Shown here: positions 20,004 to 29,492 of the stretch, piece after piece | Numbering within the stretch: the first letter of the stretch is position 1 | Layout of the letters: every line of letters begins with the position of its first letter | Assembly: GCA_050633305.1 (NCBI GenBank) | Contig: JBOEGF010000017.1 | Span: forward strand, 46,433 to 110,432 | Reading direction: 5' to 3' | From: Nannocystales bacterium | GTDB taxonomy: Bacteria > Myxococcota_A > Polyangia > Nannocystales > Nannocystaceae | Length of the DNA stretch: 64,000 nt | Program-made: the position numbers and the translations under genes | The notes under the pieces: generated by a model | The model's input: the letters and a program-made list of their open reading frames with translations, nothing else | Database searches by the model: none | What the model was told of the DNA's origin: nothing

Positions 20004-20933
20004 TCAAGCCAGGAGTGCGGCGGCCATCGCCCACAGCGGCAGCATCACCGCCGCCAGGAGCGAGGACACCACGACGGCCCCCGCGACGCGGTCGGCTTCC
20101 ACCCGGGCATCGTGGGCCATGGAGAACGTGGTGATCGCCAGAGGCATCGCAGCAAGCAGGACGTGCACCCGCGCGAGTTCCGGTGGGAGCCACCCCATCG
20201 CCACCGCTGCCCAGGCGAGCACCAACACCAAGGCCGGAGCCGCCAGCATCCGTGCTCCGACCAGTGCAAGCACCGCCACACCGATGCTGCCGACACGGGC
20301 CCGCTCGATGAACACGTGTAGGCCCAACAGAAACAGCGCGATGACGGCCGCACTGGCAGCGAAGGGTTGCAGCACATCGGCCGCCACCGTGCGTAGGTCG
20401 GCAGAGCCCGATCGCATCGCCAACCCCACCGCTGGGGCCCAGAACAACGGCTGCCGCGCGACACGGCGGACGACCTCGCGAACCCCACCGCCCGCGCCCG
20501 AAGCCCGGGCCAAGAGCGCCGGCCCCACCGTCACCGCACCGCTGACGTGGACCGCGACCGCCAGCGCGGCCGGACCGGCCATCCCCTCGCCCATCACGGC
20601 GAGCACGTACGGCAGGCCGAGGTACGCCACGTTGCCGAACGTCATGCCCAGCCCAAGCGCGGAGTCCCGGGCCCGCGGCACCCCGAACAACAGGAGCGTC
20701 AGCGCCACCGGCCACAGCAGCCAAAACGCCGGTTGGTGTGGAATGACCGCCGAGGGCAGAAGAAGGCCGCGGGTCACCAAGGCCGGGAACCCGATGTACA
20801 GCGCGTAGCGGTTGAGCACGACGACCGCCGCCCGAGGGTCGGGGAACAACCGCAGCGCACCGCAGGCACCGCCCAGCACCGCGGGCACGGCGAGCTGCAG
20901 CAGGCGCAGCGTGGTGTCGAGGCCGACGATCAT
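20004..20933 (-). CDS. AEC family (auxin efflux/malate permease-like) transporter
   Basis: LYIGFPAL, FGNVAYLGLP, AAMPLAIT; about 10 TM. Confidence 0.85.
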   Translation of the reverse strand: MIVGLDTTLRLLQLAVPAVLGGACGALRLFPDPRAAVVVLNRYALYIGFPALVTRGLLLPSAVIPHQPAFWLLWPVALTLLLFGVPRARDSALGLGMTFGNVAYLGLPYVLAVMGEGMAGPAALAVAVHVSGAVTVGPALLARASGAGGGVREVVRRVARQPLFWAPAVGLAMRSGSADLRTVAADVLQPFAASAAVIALFLLGLHVFIERARVGSIGVAVLALVGARMLAAPALVLVLAWAAVAMGWLPPELARVHVLLAAMPLAITTFSMAHDARVEADRVAGAVVVSSLLAAVMLPLWAMAAALLA

Positions 20934-21649
20934 CGTTTGCGGCGACGCCGGCGATTCTTCAGCGAGCCGTCGGTGAGCATCTCGGCGGTTCGCCGCCGCG
21001 TGATCTCAACCTCGGGCTTGGCGAACACGCGGTCGGGCCAGGGCAAGTCCCGCGGACGTTTGTTCATGATGCTGACCGCGTAGGTCGAGTGCGGCAGGCC
21101 GAAGAAGTGTCCAAGTTCGTGGGCCATGACCGTGAACTTGGCGATCGAGGAGAGGATCACCCAGCGCTTGGCGACGTTGGGGCGGTAGCGCCAGTGCACA
21201 CCTCGAATGACCTCTCCGGCCACATCAACATCCGCGAGCCGCTTCACCACGAATACATGGACCACGCCTGTGCTGAATGCGTTCTTCCCGAGCAGGTCTC
21301 GGTCGGACCGCGTCTGTACGTCCCCGACGTCCACGGGCAATGTGTCGGCGGAGGAGACCTCGAAGCCCACAGAGATGACCGCGAACAACCCGTTCGCGTG
21401 TGCGATCTGGTCGTGCAGCCACAAGGGAGTCTGAACCGGCTCCCCCTCCTGCGTTCCATCCGAGGTCACGATGTGCACCGCCAAGCCGATGCAGCGCTTC
21501 GCCGCAAGGGGGCACTGCCCTGTCCCGGTCTCGAACGCCCGAAACCCGAGCTGGTCTTTGGCCGCCGCGACCGCAGCCACGTGGGCCGCCCACTCGGTTC
21601 CGAACATGCCCAACGTGGAGGCGAGGACGAGGCCGGCGGCCAACATCAC
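20930..21649 (-). CDS. Secreted metzincin zinc metalloprotease (matrixin-like)
   Basis: HELGHFFGLPH zinc motif followed by SIMN Met-turn; N-terminal signal. Confidence 0.8.
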   Translation of the reverse strand: MMLAAGLVLASTLGMFGTEWAAHVAAVAAAKDQLGFRAFETGTGQCPLAAKRCIGLAVHIVTSDGTQEGEPVQTPLWLHDQIAHANGLFAVISVGFEVSSADTLPVDVGDVQTRSDRDLLGKNAFSTGVVHVFVVKRLADVDVAGEVIRGVHWRYRPNVAKRWVILSSIAKFTVMAHELGHFFGLPHSTYAVSIMNKRPRDLPWPDRVFAKPEVEITRRRTAEMLTDGSLKNRRRRRKR

Positions 21650-22560
21650 ACCACCGCCGACCGTGCGAGCTGCAACATTTCGAAGATCGCCCGCGTGGCG
21701 GGGCTCTTGTTGAGCGTATAGAAGTGGAGTCCAGCGACGCCTCGTGGGCGTTTGGAATACGGGTCGGGCGCGGGCGGGTTGAGCAACTGCTCACACTGCC
21801 GCGCCGAGTAGGAGACGCCGGTCCAGAACACCTCGTGAGGGTCCCCGTCGGCTCGGTGCAGGGCATCGTGAAGCGGGGTCGGAATGGAGGCGCCACACAT
21901 CTTGGTGAAGCGCTCGACCTGCGAGACATTGGTGACCGGCATGATGCCCGCGAGGATCGGCACCGTGATGCCGGCCGCCCGGGCCCTGGCCTGCCACGAG
22001 TAGAACGCCAGGTTGTCGAAGAACAACTGCGAAACGAGGAAGTCGGTCCCCGCATCGACCTTGCGTCGCAGGTTCTCGAGGTCCTCGGCGGCCGACGGGG
22101 CCTCGGGGTGAACCTCGGGGTAACAAGCGGCCCCGACACAGAAGTCGCCGCGCTCTTTGATGAACGCGACGAGCTCGTTTGCGTATCGCAGACCGCCCTG
22201 TGTCGCTTGAAACGTATCCTCCCCCTGCGGCGGGTCGCCGCGAAGGGCCAGGACGTTGTGCACGCCAGCGTCGGCGAGCCCATCGAGCACTCGGGCAAGC
22301 TCGTCACGCGTCGCGCCGACACACGTCAAGTGGGCCAGCGGCTCGATGCCAAAGTCACGCCGGATCCGGCTGACCAGCTGCAACGTTCGGGTGCGGGTGC
22401 TGCCCCCGGCCCCGTAGGTCACCGACACGAAATCGGGCTCGAGCGGAGCAAGCCGCTCCAAAGAGCGCAACAGGGCACTTTCGCCCTTTTCCGTCTTCGG
22501 AGGGAAGAACTCGAAGCTGAAGACGGGCCGCTTGTGGCGCAGGCGCTCGGCGATCAACAC
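21646..22560 (-). CDS. metF: 5,10-methylenetetrahydrofolate reductase
   Basis: FSFEFFPPK, SVTYGAGG, AHLTCVG, LALRGDPP, SQLFFD, GLHFYTLN; GTG 22560 (or ATG 22572) start. Confidence 0.95.
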   Translation of the reverse strand: MLIAERLRHKRPVFSFEFFPPKTEKGESALLRSLERLAPLEPDFVSVTYGAGGSTRTRTLQLVSRIRRDFGIEPLAHLTCVGATRDELARVLDGLADAGVHNVLALRGDPPQGEDTFQATQGGLRYANELVAFIKERGDFCVGAACYPEVHPEAPSAAEDLENLRRKVDAGTDFLVSQLFFDNLAFYSWQARARAAGITVPILAGIMPVTNVSQVERFTKMCGASIPTPLHDALHRADGDPHEVFWTGVSYSARQCEQLLNPPAPDPYSKRPRGVAGLHFYTLNKSPATRAIFEMLQLARSAVV

Positions 22561-22567
22561 GACTCGC

Positions 22568-22583
22568 ACCATAGCGTTATCCT
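22568..22583. promoter_or_regulatory. Putative bidirectional promoter (two opposed -10 hexamers)
   Basis: Minus TATGGT (22573-22568) 7 nt before metF GTG; plus TATCCT (22578-22583) 6 nt before ATG 22590. Confidence 0.55.
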
Positions 22584-22589
22584 CTGGCG

Positions 22590-23705
22590 ATGACCCGCGC
22601 GTCGATTCTTGGTCTGTTTGTCCTCCTCGCCCCGGCCTGCGAGGAAGACGCAGAGCCCGCCGCCGAAAGCGACGCCGCGACCGAATCCCCGGCGACAAGC
22701 GCGGGGAGCACCGGGAGCCCGGGCAGCACCACCACGGCCGCGGGCTCGACCGCCGCCGATGCATCCAGCGGCGGAGAGGTCCTGTGTAGCGACAGCCCGA
22801 ACGCGTTGGCGGACTGCGTCGAAGAAGCTCGCTACCTCGACACCCTGGAGTTCGTCGCCCAGACCCGTAGCCCCGCCGAGCCCCATTGGCAGGTCGTGCA
22901 GGACCACCTCGCCGCGGAGCTCGAAGCCTTGGGGTACGAGGTCGAACTCGACATCTACGAGACCGGCACCAACGTGCTCGGGCGACTTCGCGGCACCCTG
23001 GGAACCTCGGATGTGATCATCTCCGCCCACTACGACTCCGTGTCCAACTGCGAAGGGGCGGACGACAACGCCAGCGGTGTCGCCGGAGCTCTCGAAGCGG
23101 CACGGGTCCTGGCGCAGGGTGAGTACGAACAAGACCTGGTCATCGCATTCTGGGACCAGGAAGAGCTCGGGCTCATCGGCGCGAGTTCCTACGTCGACCG
23201 TGCGGCCGCGCGCGGCGACGATGTCGCGGCCAACTACAACCTCGAGATGATCGGCTACACCGATGACACCCCAGGTGCCCAGACGATTCCAGCCGGATTC
23301 GATGCGCTCTTTCCCGAAGGGTACGGGCAGATCGAGGACAACGAGTTCCGAGGGGACTTCATCACCGTCGTGGCGGACGACCTCATCGCGGACGGCGCGG
23401 CTGCGATGGTGGCTCAAGGGCAGCGGCTCGACCTCCCGGTCGTGCACATCGAGCTGGACGCCGACCTCAAGAACAACCCCCTGCTCTCCGACCTCCGCCG
23501 CTCGGACCACGCGCCGTTTTGGGAGGTGGACTACCCGGCGATGATGATCACCGACACCTCCGAGTTCCGCTTCCCAAACTACCACTGCGACCCAGCGCCC
23601 GACGTCGTCGAGGACCTCGACCATGCGTTCTCCCGCAAGGTCGTGGCCGCGACCGTGGGGGCCGCGGCTACGACGCTTGTCCTCGTCGGTCCCGCCGGCG
23701 GCTGA
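22590..23705 (+). CDS. M28 family peptidase, lipoprotein
   Basis: SAHYDS, GADDNASG, EELGLIG, NLEMIG, RSDHAPF, YH; lipobox APAC. Confidence 0.9.
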   Translation: MTRASILGLFVLLAPACEEDAEPAAESDAATESPATSAGSTGSPGSTTTAAGSTAADASSGGEVLCSDSPNALADCVEEARYLDTLEFVAQTRSPAEPHWQVVQDHLAAELEALGYEVELDIYETGTNVLGRLRGTLGTSDVIISAHYDSVSNCEGADDNASGVAGALEAARVLAQGEYEQDLVIAFWDQEELGLIGASSYVDRAAARGDDVAANYNLEMIGYTDDTPGAQTIPAGFDALFPEGYGQIEDNEFRGDFITVVADDLIADGAAAMVAQGQRLDLPVVHIELDADLKNNPLLSDLRRSDHAPFWEVDYPAMMITDTSEFRFPNYHCDPAPDVVEDLDHAFSRKVVAATVGAAATTLVLVGPAGG

Positions 23706-24543
23706 ACGCGAACAGCGGAATCAGGACGAGCCAAGCCGCCGTCCCGCTGCCTCCGACCGCGCAACCGCTGCCGCCGCCCGGCTCGCCTTGGCCGATGCCG
23801 TCGGTTTCGGTCGGCGCGTCGGTCGACGTCCCCGGAGGCTGATCAGTCCCGTTGGATCCCGCGGATGCCCCGCTGCTGGTACTTCCGCCCGGCTCGCCCG
23901 TCGGGTCCGGCGTCCCGGTCGAGGTCGCGGGCTCCCCCGTCGGATCTCCGGAGCTGCCTCCGCTAGGGCCTCCCGTCGTGTCTCCGGCTCCGGCCGGGGC
24001 GATCGAGATATTGGCGCAGTGGTAGTAGAAACACGGCGCGCTGTGGCTCGACATGTACTGCACGACTTGCAGGGTGCAGTTGTCGCAGGTGACATCCTCG
24101 GGGAGCGTGACCTCGAAAGACTGCTCTCCGTCGAACGGGCCGCTGTGGGCAAGCATCCCGTCCGCAATCACGGGGAACACGGGCGGGTCCATGATCTCCG
24201 TGCTCGCACACTGGTCTTGCGGCGTCGGTGTGATCGGCGGATCAGCCGGGAGCTCGCTGACGTCGTTGGTGGCGAGTGCGACCCGGTAGTGCCCCGGATG
24301 ATAGATCTGCTCGCTGATCGTGATCGAGACCGTGTCCCCCGCCGTGTACGCCGTGATGTCCCCGGTCAGCGCGCCATCGACCGTGCCACACGGGTAATCC
24401 TTCTGCGGATCGCCCAGATCATTCTGCACGGTCATCACCGCGGGTGCTTCGAGGCGGAAGTGCGCCTGCGCATCGTCGGTCGTGATGGCGGTCGAGCCGA
24501 TCGCCAAGCCAGTGAGAGTCGTCAGAATCGCAAGCCGTCGCAT
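23668..24543 (-). CDS. Lytic polysaccharide monooxygenase-like (SCE4755-type) protein with MYXO-CTERM-like tail
   Basis: Signal peptide ending AQA then His1; HPGHYRVAL, CTLQVVQYM, YYHCANI; tail GCAVGG-hydrophobic-RRR. Confidence 0.75.
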   Translation of the reverse strand: MRRLAILTTLTGLAIGSTAITTDDAQAHFRLEAPAVMTVQNDLGDPQKDYPCGTVDGALTGDITAYTAGDTVSITISEQIYHPGHYRVALATNDVSELPADPPITPTPQDQCASTEIMDPPVFPVIADGMLAHSGPFDGEQSFEVTLPEDVTCDNCTLQVVQYMSSHSAPCFYYHCANISIAPAGAGDTTGGPSGGSSGDPTGEPATSTGTPDPTGEPGGSTSSGASAGSNGTDQPPGTSTDAPTETDGIGQGEPGGGSGCAVGGSGTAAWLVLIPLFAFSRRRDRRGQAS

Positions 24544-24718
24544 CGGCGCATCGTATCAGGATCACAGCAAGAGCCCGGTCGGACCCAGACTGCGGTCGCC
24601 CCTGCGAGAACGCATACGAACCGTGCACGCAGGGCACCGGGATGTCGCGGGAGGCCGCGCCGAGGTGCATTGCCCCCGGGGTTGCTACGCTGCGGTGTGC
24701 CCAGCGGCTGAGTTCGGC

Positions 24719-25489
24719 TCAGCGCGCCCGGGTGACATCGGCGGCATGCACCACGCGCAGCCCGGCCTCGGTCTGCACACGAAGCGCGCCAGCATCGTCG
24801 ATACCGAGCGCCATTCCCTCGAACACCTCGGCGCCGGAGGTGACACGCACCCGCGTGCCAACCTGGAGGTTGGCCTGCTCGTACGCCTCGCGCATCGAAT
24901 CGAAACCGACGATCAAGAAGCCGTCGAGGCGTGCCTGCAACGCGGCGAGCAGACGCGCCAGCAATGTCGTGCGCCCCAGATGTACACCCACCTCATCCAG
25001 CGCGATGGCAACATCCTCCAGCCCTGGGTCGATGCCCTCACGCCGCAGATTCAGGCCAAACCCGACCACCAACTCGACGTCGGCGCCCCACCGCGACTCG
25101 CACAGAATCCCGCCGAGTTTCCGGTCCCCCACGAGCAAATCGTTGGGCCACTTCAGGCCGAGCCCGGGTACGGCACCCAGGCCTTCGTACAACGCAAGAC
25201 CCACCGCGAGGCCGACCGCCGAGAGGTCGCGGCGCGCCGAGGCCACCCGCAGCCCTAGGCTGACATAGAGGTTGTGCCCGGGCGGCGAGTTCCAGACCCG
25301 CCCATTGCGACCGCGGCCGGCGGTCTGCGTGTCCGCCGTGACCACGAGCCCGTGTGGCCCGCCCTCTCGCAGCCACGCCGCGGCCCGGTCGTTGGTGGAC
25401 GACAAACTCTGGTGGTGCTCGTGGGCATGCCCAAAGACCCGGGTGTGCAACGCGTCACCGAGTCTTCGGAGGTCGTCGTCGTGTTCCAT
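24719..25489 (-). CDS. birA: Biotin--protein ligase (group I, no HTH)
   Basis: SSTND, QTAGRGRNGRVW, KWPNDL, KLGGILCE, GFGLN. Confidence 0.93.
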   Translation of the reverse strand: MEHDDDLRRLGDALHTRVFGHAHEHHQSLSSTNDRAAAWLREGGPHGLVVTADTQTAGRGRNGRVWNSPPGHNLYVSLGLRVASARRDLSAVGLAVGLALYEGLGAVPGLGLKWPNDLLVGDRKLGGILCESRWGADVELVVGFGLNLRREGIDPGLEDVAIALDEVGVHLGRTTLLARLLAALQARLDGFLIVGFDSMREAYEQANLQVGTRVRVTSGAEVFEGMALGIDDAGALRVQTEAGLRVVHAADVTRAR

Positions 25490-25505
25490 GGGTGGGCGCT
25501 GCGGC

Positions 25506-26351
25506 TTAGGCGAATTCGAACAGCAAGGAGAGGTCGGCCGCGGGGGCGCTGTGGGTGAAAGCGCCGACGCTGATCACGTCGATGCCGATCTCGGCCAACG
25601 CCGCGACCCGCTCGATCGTGATGTTACCGCTGGCTTCGAGGATCGCCTTGCCCCCAAACCGGGCCACCGCTTCGCCGCACAGTTCGTTGTCCATGTTGTC
25701 GAGCATGATCACCTCGGCGCCGGCATCGATGGCCTCCTGAGCCTCGTCCAGCGTCGTGGTCTCGCACTCGATGCGCAGGCCGTGCGGCGCCCGAGCCTTG
25801 GCTCCCTGAACCGCCGCAGTGATGCCGCCAGCGGCACGGATGTGGTTTTCCTTGATGAGCACACCCGAGCTCAGGTCATTACGATGGTTGTGCCCACCGC
25901 CGCAGCGCACCGCGTAGCGCTGGAACGCGCGCAACCCCGGCGTGGTCTTACGGGTGTCCACCACCCGGCACCGTCCCGCTGCCGCATCGGCAAACTGCCG
26001 CACCACGGTCGAGGTGCCGCTGAGGCGCTGCATGAAGTTGAGCGCCGTTCGTTCCGCGACCAGCACCGCGCGGGCTGGACCCTCGATCGTCGCGACGACC
26101 GTCTTGGGCTCGACCTTCGTGCCGTCCGCGACGACGGCGGTGTATCGGACCGCGGGGTCCATCATCGAGAACGCCCGGGCCGCGATGCCCTGCCCGCACA
26201 ACACCAACGGCGCCTTGGCGACGATCTGCGCCTTCGCCTGGGCCTGCGCAGGGACGGTCGCAACCGTGGTGATGTCTGTAGAAGGGAGGTCTTCGTCGAA
26301 GGCACGCTGCAACACGCGGTCGATTTCACCGAACTCGAGGTCTCGCATCAT
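25506..26351 (-). CDS. nadC: Quinolinate phosphoribosyltransferase
   Basis: ERTALN, DTRKTTPGLR, NHR, LIKENH, IMLDN, EASGNI, ISVGAFTHS. Confidence 0.95.
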   Translation of the reverse strand: MMRDLEFGEIDRVLQRAFDEDLPSTDITTVATVPAQAQAKAQIVAKAPLVLCGQGIAARAFSMMDPAVRYTAVVADGTKVEPKTVVATIEGPARAVLVAERTALNFMQRLSGTSTVVRQFADAAAGRCRVVDTRKTTPGLRAFQRYAVRCGGGHNHRNDLSSGVLIKENHIRAAGGITAAVQGAKARAPHGLRIECETTTLDEAQEAIDAGAEVIMLDNMDNELCGEAVARFGGKAILEASGNITIERVAALAEIGIDVISVGAFTHSAPAADLSLLFEFA

Positions 26352-26355
26352 CAGC

Positions 26356-27036
26356 TCATCGTCTTTCGGGGGCGACGCCCTCGGCGGTCCATGTCGTGAT
26401 GGGCCAGCTGCGGGCGTGGGCTTCTCGGCGAAGCCGAGGGTCGGGGTTGATCACATGGGCATGGCCCACGCGCTCGAGCATCGGGAGGTCGGAGATGCTG
26501 TCGCTGTAGAAGTAGCTAGCACCGAGATCCAGATCGTGCACGGCTGCAAACTCCTCGGCATGCGACACCTTCCCCGGCCCGTAACACGCGGGCTCGAAGT
26601 GCTTGCCGGTGAGCTTCCCGTCCGCGATCTCCAGCTGGGTGCACAGCACGTGCGGCACGTCCAGAATCTCAGCGACGGGCTTGCTGAGGAACGGCGTGGC
26701 CGAGGTCAGCAGGACCAACGTGTGGCCTTGCGCGCGGTGAGACTCGATCGCAGTGCGGGCCTGCGTGCAAATCGCCCACCGAACCTCGCGCTCAAACCAG
26801 GTCGCGACCTCTTCGTAGATCGGCTCGACCGCGTCCCCGCGATAGCGCGCCAACACCTTGCGCGCCATCGCATCGTAGTCGAGGAACCCGAACCGATACT
26901 GGCCGAGCCACATCAACGCTTGGCCGAGTTGGAGCGCGGTGAGCTGGCCGGTCTTCCATTGGTACCCGATCCACTTGGTGCCCGAGTTGACTTCAAGGAC
27001 CGTGTTGTCGATGTCGAAGAACGCGCCAATGGCCAT
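26356..27036 (-). CDS. HAD-IB family hydrolase
   Basis: FFDIDNT motif I, YSDSISDLPML motif IV, NPDPRL. Confidence 0.88.
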   Translation of the reverse strand: MAIGAFFDIDNTVLEVNSGTKWIGYQWKTGQLTALQLGQALMWLGQYRFGFLDYDAMARKVLARYRGDAVEPIYEEVATWFEREVRWAICTQARTAIESHRAQGHTLVLLTSATPFLSKPVAEILDVPHVLCTQLEIADGKLTGKHFEPACYGPGKVSHAEEFAAVHDLDLGASYFYSDSISDLPMLERVGHAHVINPDPRLRREAHARSWPITTWTAEGVAPERR

Positions 27037-27048
27037 GGTGTCCCGGTC

Positions 27049-27951
27049 TTATCGCGGAAAGGTGCTGGCGAGCAGCACCGCCATCAAGAGGTTGGATGCT
27101 GCGTGAAACAAGGCTGGCGCCCACAGGGTGTTGCTGCGCCGCCACAGCCACGAGAACACCAGCGCGGGAAAGAACGTCGCCAGCCGCGAGACCTCCGCCA
27201 TCCCCACCAGGTGTCCGACCGCGAACAAGGCGCTTGCCGCGACCGCGCCCAGCCCGAGCTTGACCCCCAGAACGCGTGCCTTCGGAGGCCACAGCTCCTC
27301 GAGCGCGCTCATCAAGTAGCCCCGGTGAAACACCTCCTCGGGCAACGCGATGGCGAACACCTCCACAGCGACGGCCAACACGATGCCCAGCCCGCCGTAC
27401 TCGAGCCAGTCTGTCGGCAGCCGAATCGACTCGGGCCAGAACCCCCCACCGTGGGCCCGACACAGCCGCCCGAGATAGTTCTCGAGACCGCCCTGTGCCG
27501 GGGTCAGTGACTCTAGACCGATGACCGGTGAGAGGATCGAGAGGTCCCCGCTGCAGACGTGTTGATAGAACCAGAAGAAGGCGAGCACAAACGGTGGGAA
27601 CACCAGCAGCGCCATCACGCCCGCGACCCTGGCCCCCCGCCAATCCCACGGCGGCACCACCCCGCCGGGGCCCACCTGGTACTTCGCTTGGCGGTCCTCG
27701 TCGCGCTTGAGCATCCACTGCGGCAAGAAATAGAAGGCCCCGACCAGCGCCAAGTAGCGCAGGTCGGGATGCAGGCCGACCAGACCCAGCACCGCGTAGA
27801 CCCCGTACAAACCCGCCGTGGCCAACAACGCCCGCATCGCGACGTGTCGCGCGGTGTGCGGTGCAGATGGAGGCAGCTCGGTCACGTCGGCCGCGAGTCT
27901 ACGCCACGGATCAGCCCGCGTCCCCAAGGCCTTACGACGAGCCCGCTCCAC
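27049..27951 (-). CDS. CPBP (CAAX type II) intramembrane glutamic protease, myxosortase-like
   Basis: PEEVFHRGYL, FAVGH, FHAASN motifs; RLATFFPAL; multi-TM. Confidence 0.8.
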   Translation of the reverse strand: MERARRKALGTRADPWRRLAADVTELPPSAPHTARHVAMRALLATAGLYGVYAVLGLVGLHPDLRYLALVGAFYFLPQWMLKRDEDRQAKYQVGPGGVVPPWDWRGARVAGVMALLVFPPFVLAFFWFYQHVCSGDLSILSPVIGLESLTPAQGGLENYLGRLCRAHGGGFWPESIRLPTDWLEYGGLGIVLAVAVEVFAIALPEEVFHRGYLMSALEELWPPKARVLGVKLGLGAVAASALFAVGHLVGMAEVSRLATFFPALVFSWLWRRSNTLWAPALFHAASNLLMAVLLASTFPR

Positions 27952-28045
27952 GCTCTCCAGGACAGCAGACCGACCGTAGCCGGGCCCTTGCTAGACTTGC
28001 CAGCCCCCCCACCCAGCGGTACGGCAGAGCCGTAGAGCCTTCGTC

Positions 28046-29491
28046 ATGGAACTCGATCTCGTCCTTCTCTCGCGCGCCCAGTTCGCGCTCACGATCATGT
28101 TCCACTACCTGTTCCCGCCGCTGTCCATCGGCCTGGGACTCAACATGGTGATCATGGAGGGCCTGTGGATGAAGACGGGCGAGCGGCGCTACGAAGCGAT
28201 GGCCCGGTTTTGGACCCGCATCTTCGCGGTCAACTTCGCGGTCGGTGTCGCAAGCGGCATCGTGATGGAGTTCCAGTTCGGCACCAACTGGTCGACCTAC
28301 TCGCGCTTTGTCGGTGATGTGTTCGGCTCGGCCCTGGCCGCGGAGGGCATTTTCGCGTTCTTCCTCGAATCGGGTTTTCTCGCGGTGCTCGTGTTCGGGT
28401 GGGACCGGGTCGGACGGCGCATGCACTTTTTCGCCACCTCGATGGTGTTCCTGGGCTCGGTCTTCAGCTCGGTGTGGATCGTCATCGCCAGCTCGTGGAT
28501 GCACACTCCGGCTGGTCACGAGCTTGTGGAGCACGACGGGGCGATGCGAGCCGAGGTCGTCGACTTCTGGGCGATGGTCTTCAATCCCAGCTCAATGCAT
28601 CGACTCGGGCACGTCCTGCTCGGCGCGTTCATCCTCGGAGGCTTCTTCGTCATGAGCATCTCGGCCTGGTATGTGCTCCAGCGGCGTCACGAAGACTTTG
28701 CCAGGCGCTCGTTCGTCATCGGACTCGTCGTGGCCAGTCTGGCCTCGTGGGGCGAGCTGGTCTCGGGACACGCACAAGCGCAGATGGTCGCGGAGCACCA
28801 GCCCGCCAAGCTCGCCGCGTTCGAAGGACACTTCGAGAGCACCGACGACCCCACGGGGCTGTGGCTGTTCGGTTGGCCCGATGTCGAAGCCGAAGAGGTT
28901 CGTTATGGCGTCGAAGTCCCGGGGCTCCTCACCTTCTTGGTGCACTCGGACTTCGAGACACCGATTCCCGGCCTCGACCAGATCCCGCCGGAGGACCGCC
29001 CTCCGGTTGTGATTCCCTTCCTGACCTATCACGTGATGATCGCGCTCGGCACCGCATTCATCGGCCTCACGACGTTGGCCGGGTTTCTGCTGTGGCGCAA
29101 GAAGCTGTTCGAGCAACGCTGGCTGCTGTGGGTCTTCGTGGTCGCGGTGATCGGCCCCTACCTCGCCAACCAGGCTGGCTGGATCGCGACCGAAGTGGGG
29201 CGGCAACCGTGGGTCGTGTACGGCCTGCTCCGGACGGAGGATGCGGTGTCGAACGTCGTCCCGACCGAACAGATCCTCGGTTCGCTGGTCCTGTTTTCGG
29301 TCGCGTACGCCGCCCTGTTCGCGCTTTGGGTCTACGTGCTCAACGAGAAGATCAAACACGGTCCCCCCGAACCGGAGGCGGACGCCACCGACAACGTCGG
29401 TCTGCTCGCGGCGGCGATCGGAGCCCGACGCGAGAACGCCTCGCTGACCGCGACCCGCAGTGAGTTCAGCCCGAAGCAGGAGCAGCCCTGA
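28046..29491 (+). CDS. cydA: Cytochrome bd ubiquinol oxidase subunit I
   Basis: [40 protein letters not shown]. Confidence 0.96.
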   Translation: MELDLVLLSRAQFALTIMFHYLFPPLSIGLGLNMVIMEGLWMKTGERRYEAMARFWTRIFAVNFAVGVASGIVMEFQFGTNWSTYSRFVGDVFGSALAAEGIFAFFLESGFLAVLVFGWDRVGRRMHFFATSMVFLGSVFSSVWIVIASSWMHTPAGHELVEHDGAMRAEVVDFWAMVFNPSSMHRLGHVLLGAFILGGFFVMSISAWYVLQRRHEDFARRSFVIGLVVASLASWGELVSGHAQAQMVAEHQPAKLAAFEGHFESTDDPTGLWLFGWPDVEAEEVRYGVEVPGLLTFLVHSDFETPIPGLDQIPPEDRPPVVIPFLTYHVMIALGTAFIGLTTLAGFLLWRKKLFEQRWLLWVFVVAVIGPYLANQAGWIATEVGRQPWVVYGLLRTEDAVSNVVPTEQILGSLVLFSVAYAALFALWVYVLNEKIKHGPPEPEADATDNVGLLAAAIGARRENASLTATRSEFSPKQEQP

Positions 29492-29492
29492 C

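Noticed and set aside
22561..22589. SAM/SAH riboswitch upstream of metF
   Set aside because: Only 29 bp of intergenic space
24556..24718. GC-rich hairpins between birA and the LPMO-like gene as an ncRNA
   Set aside because: Short stems are expected by chance at this GC content; no family motif recognised
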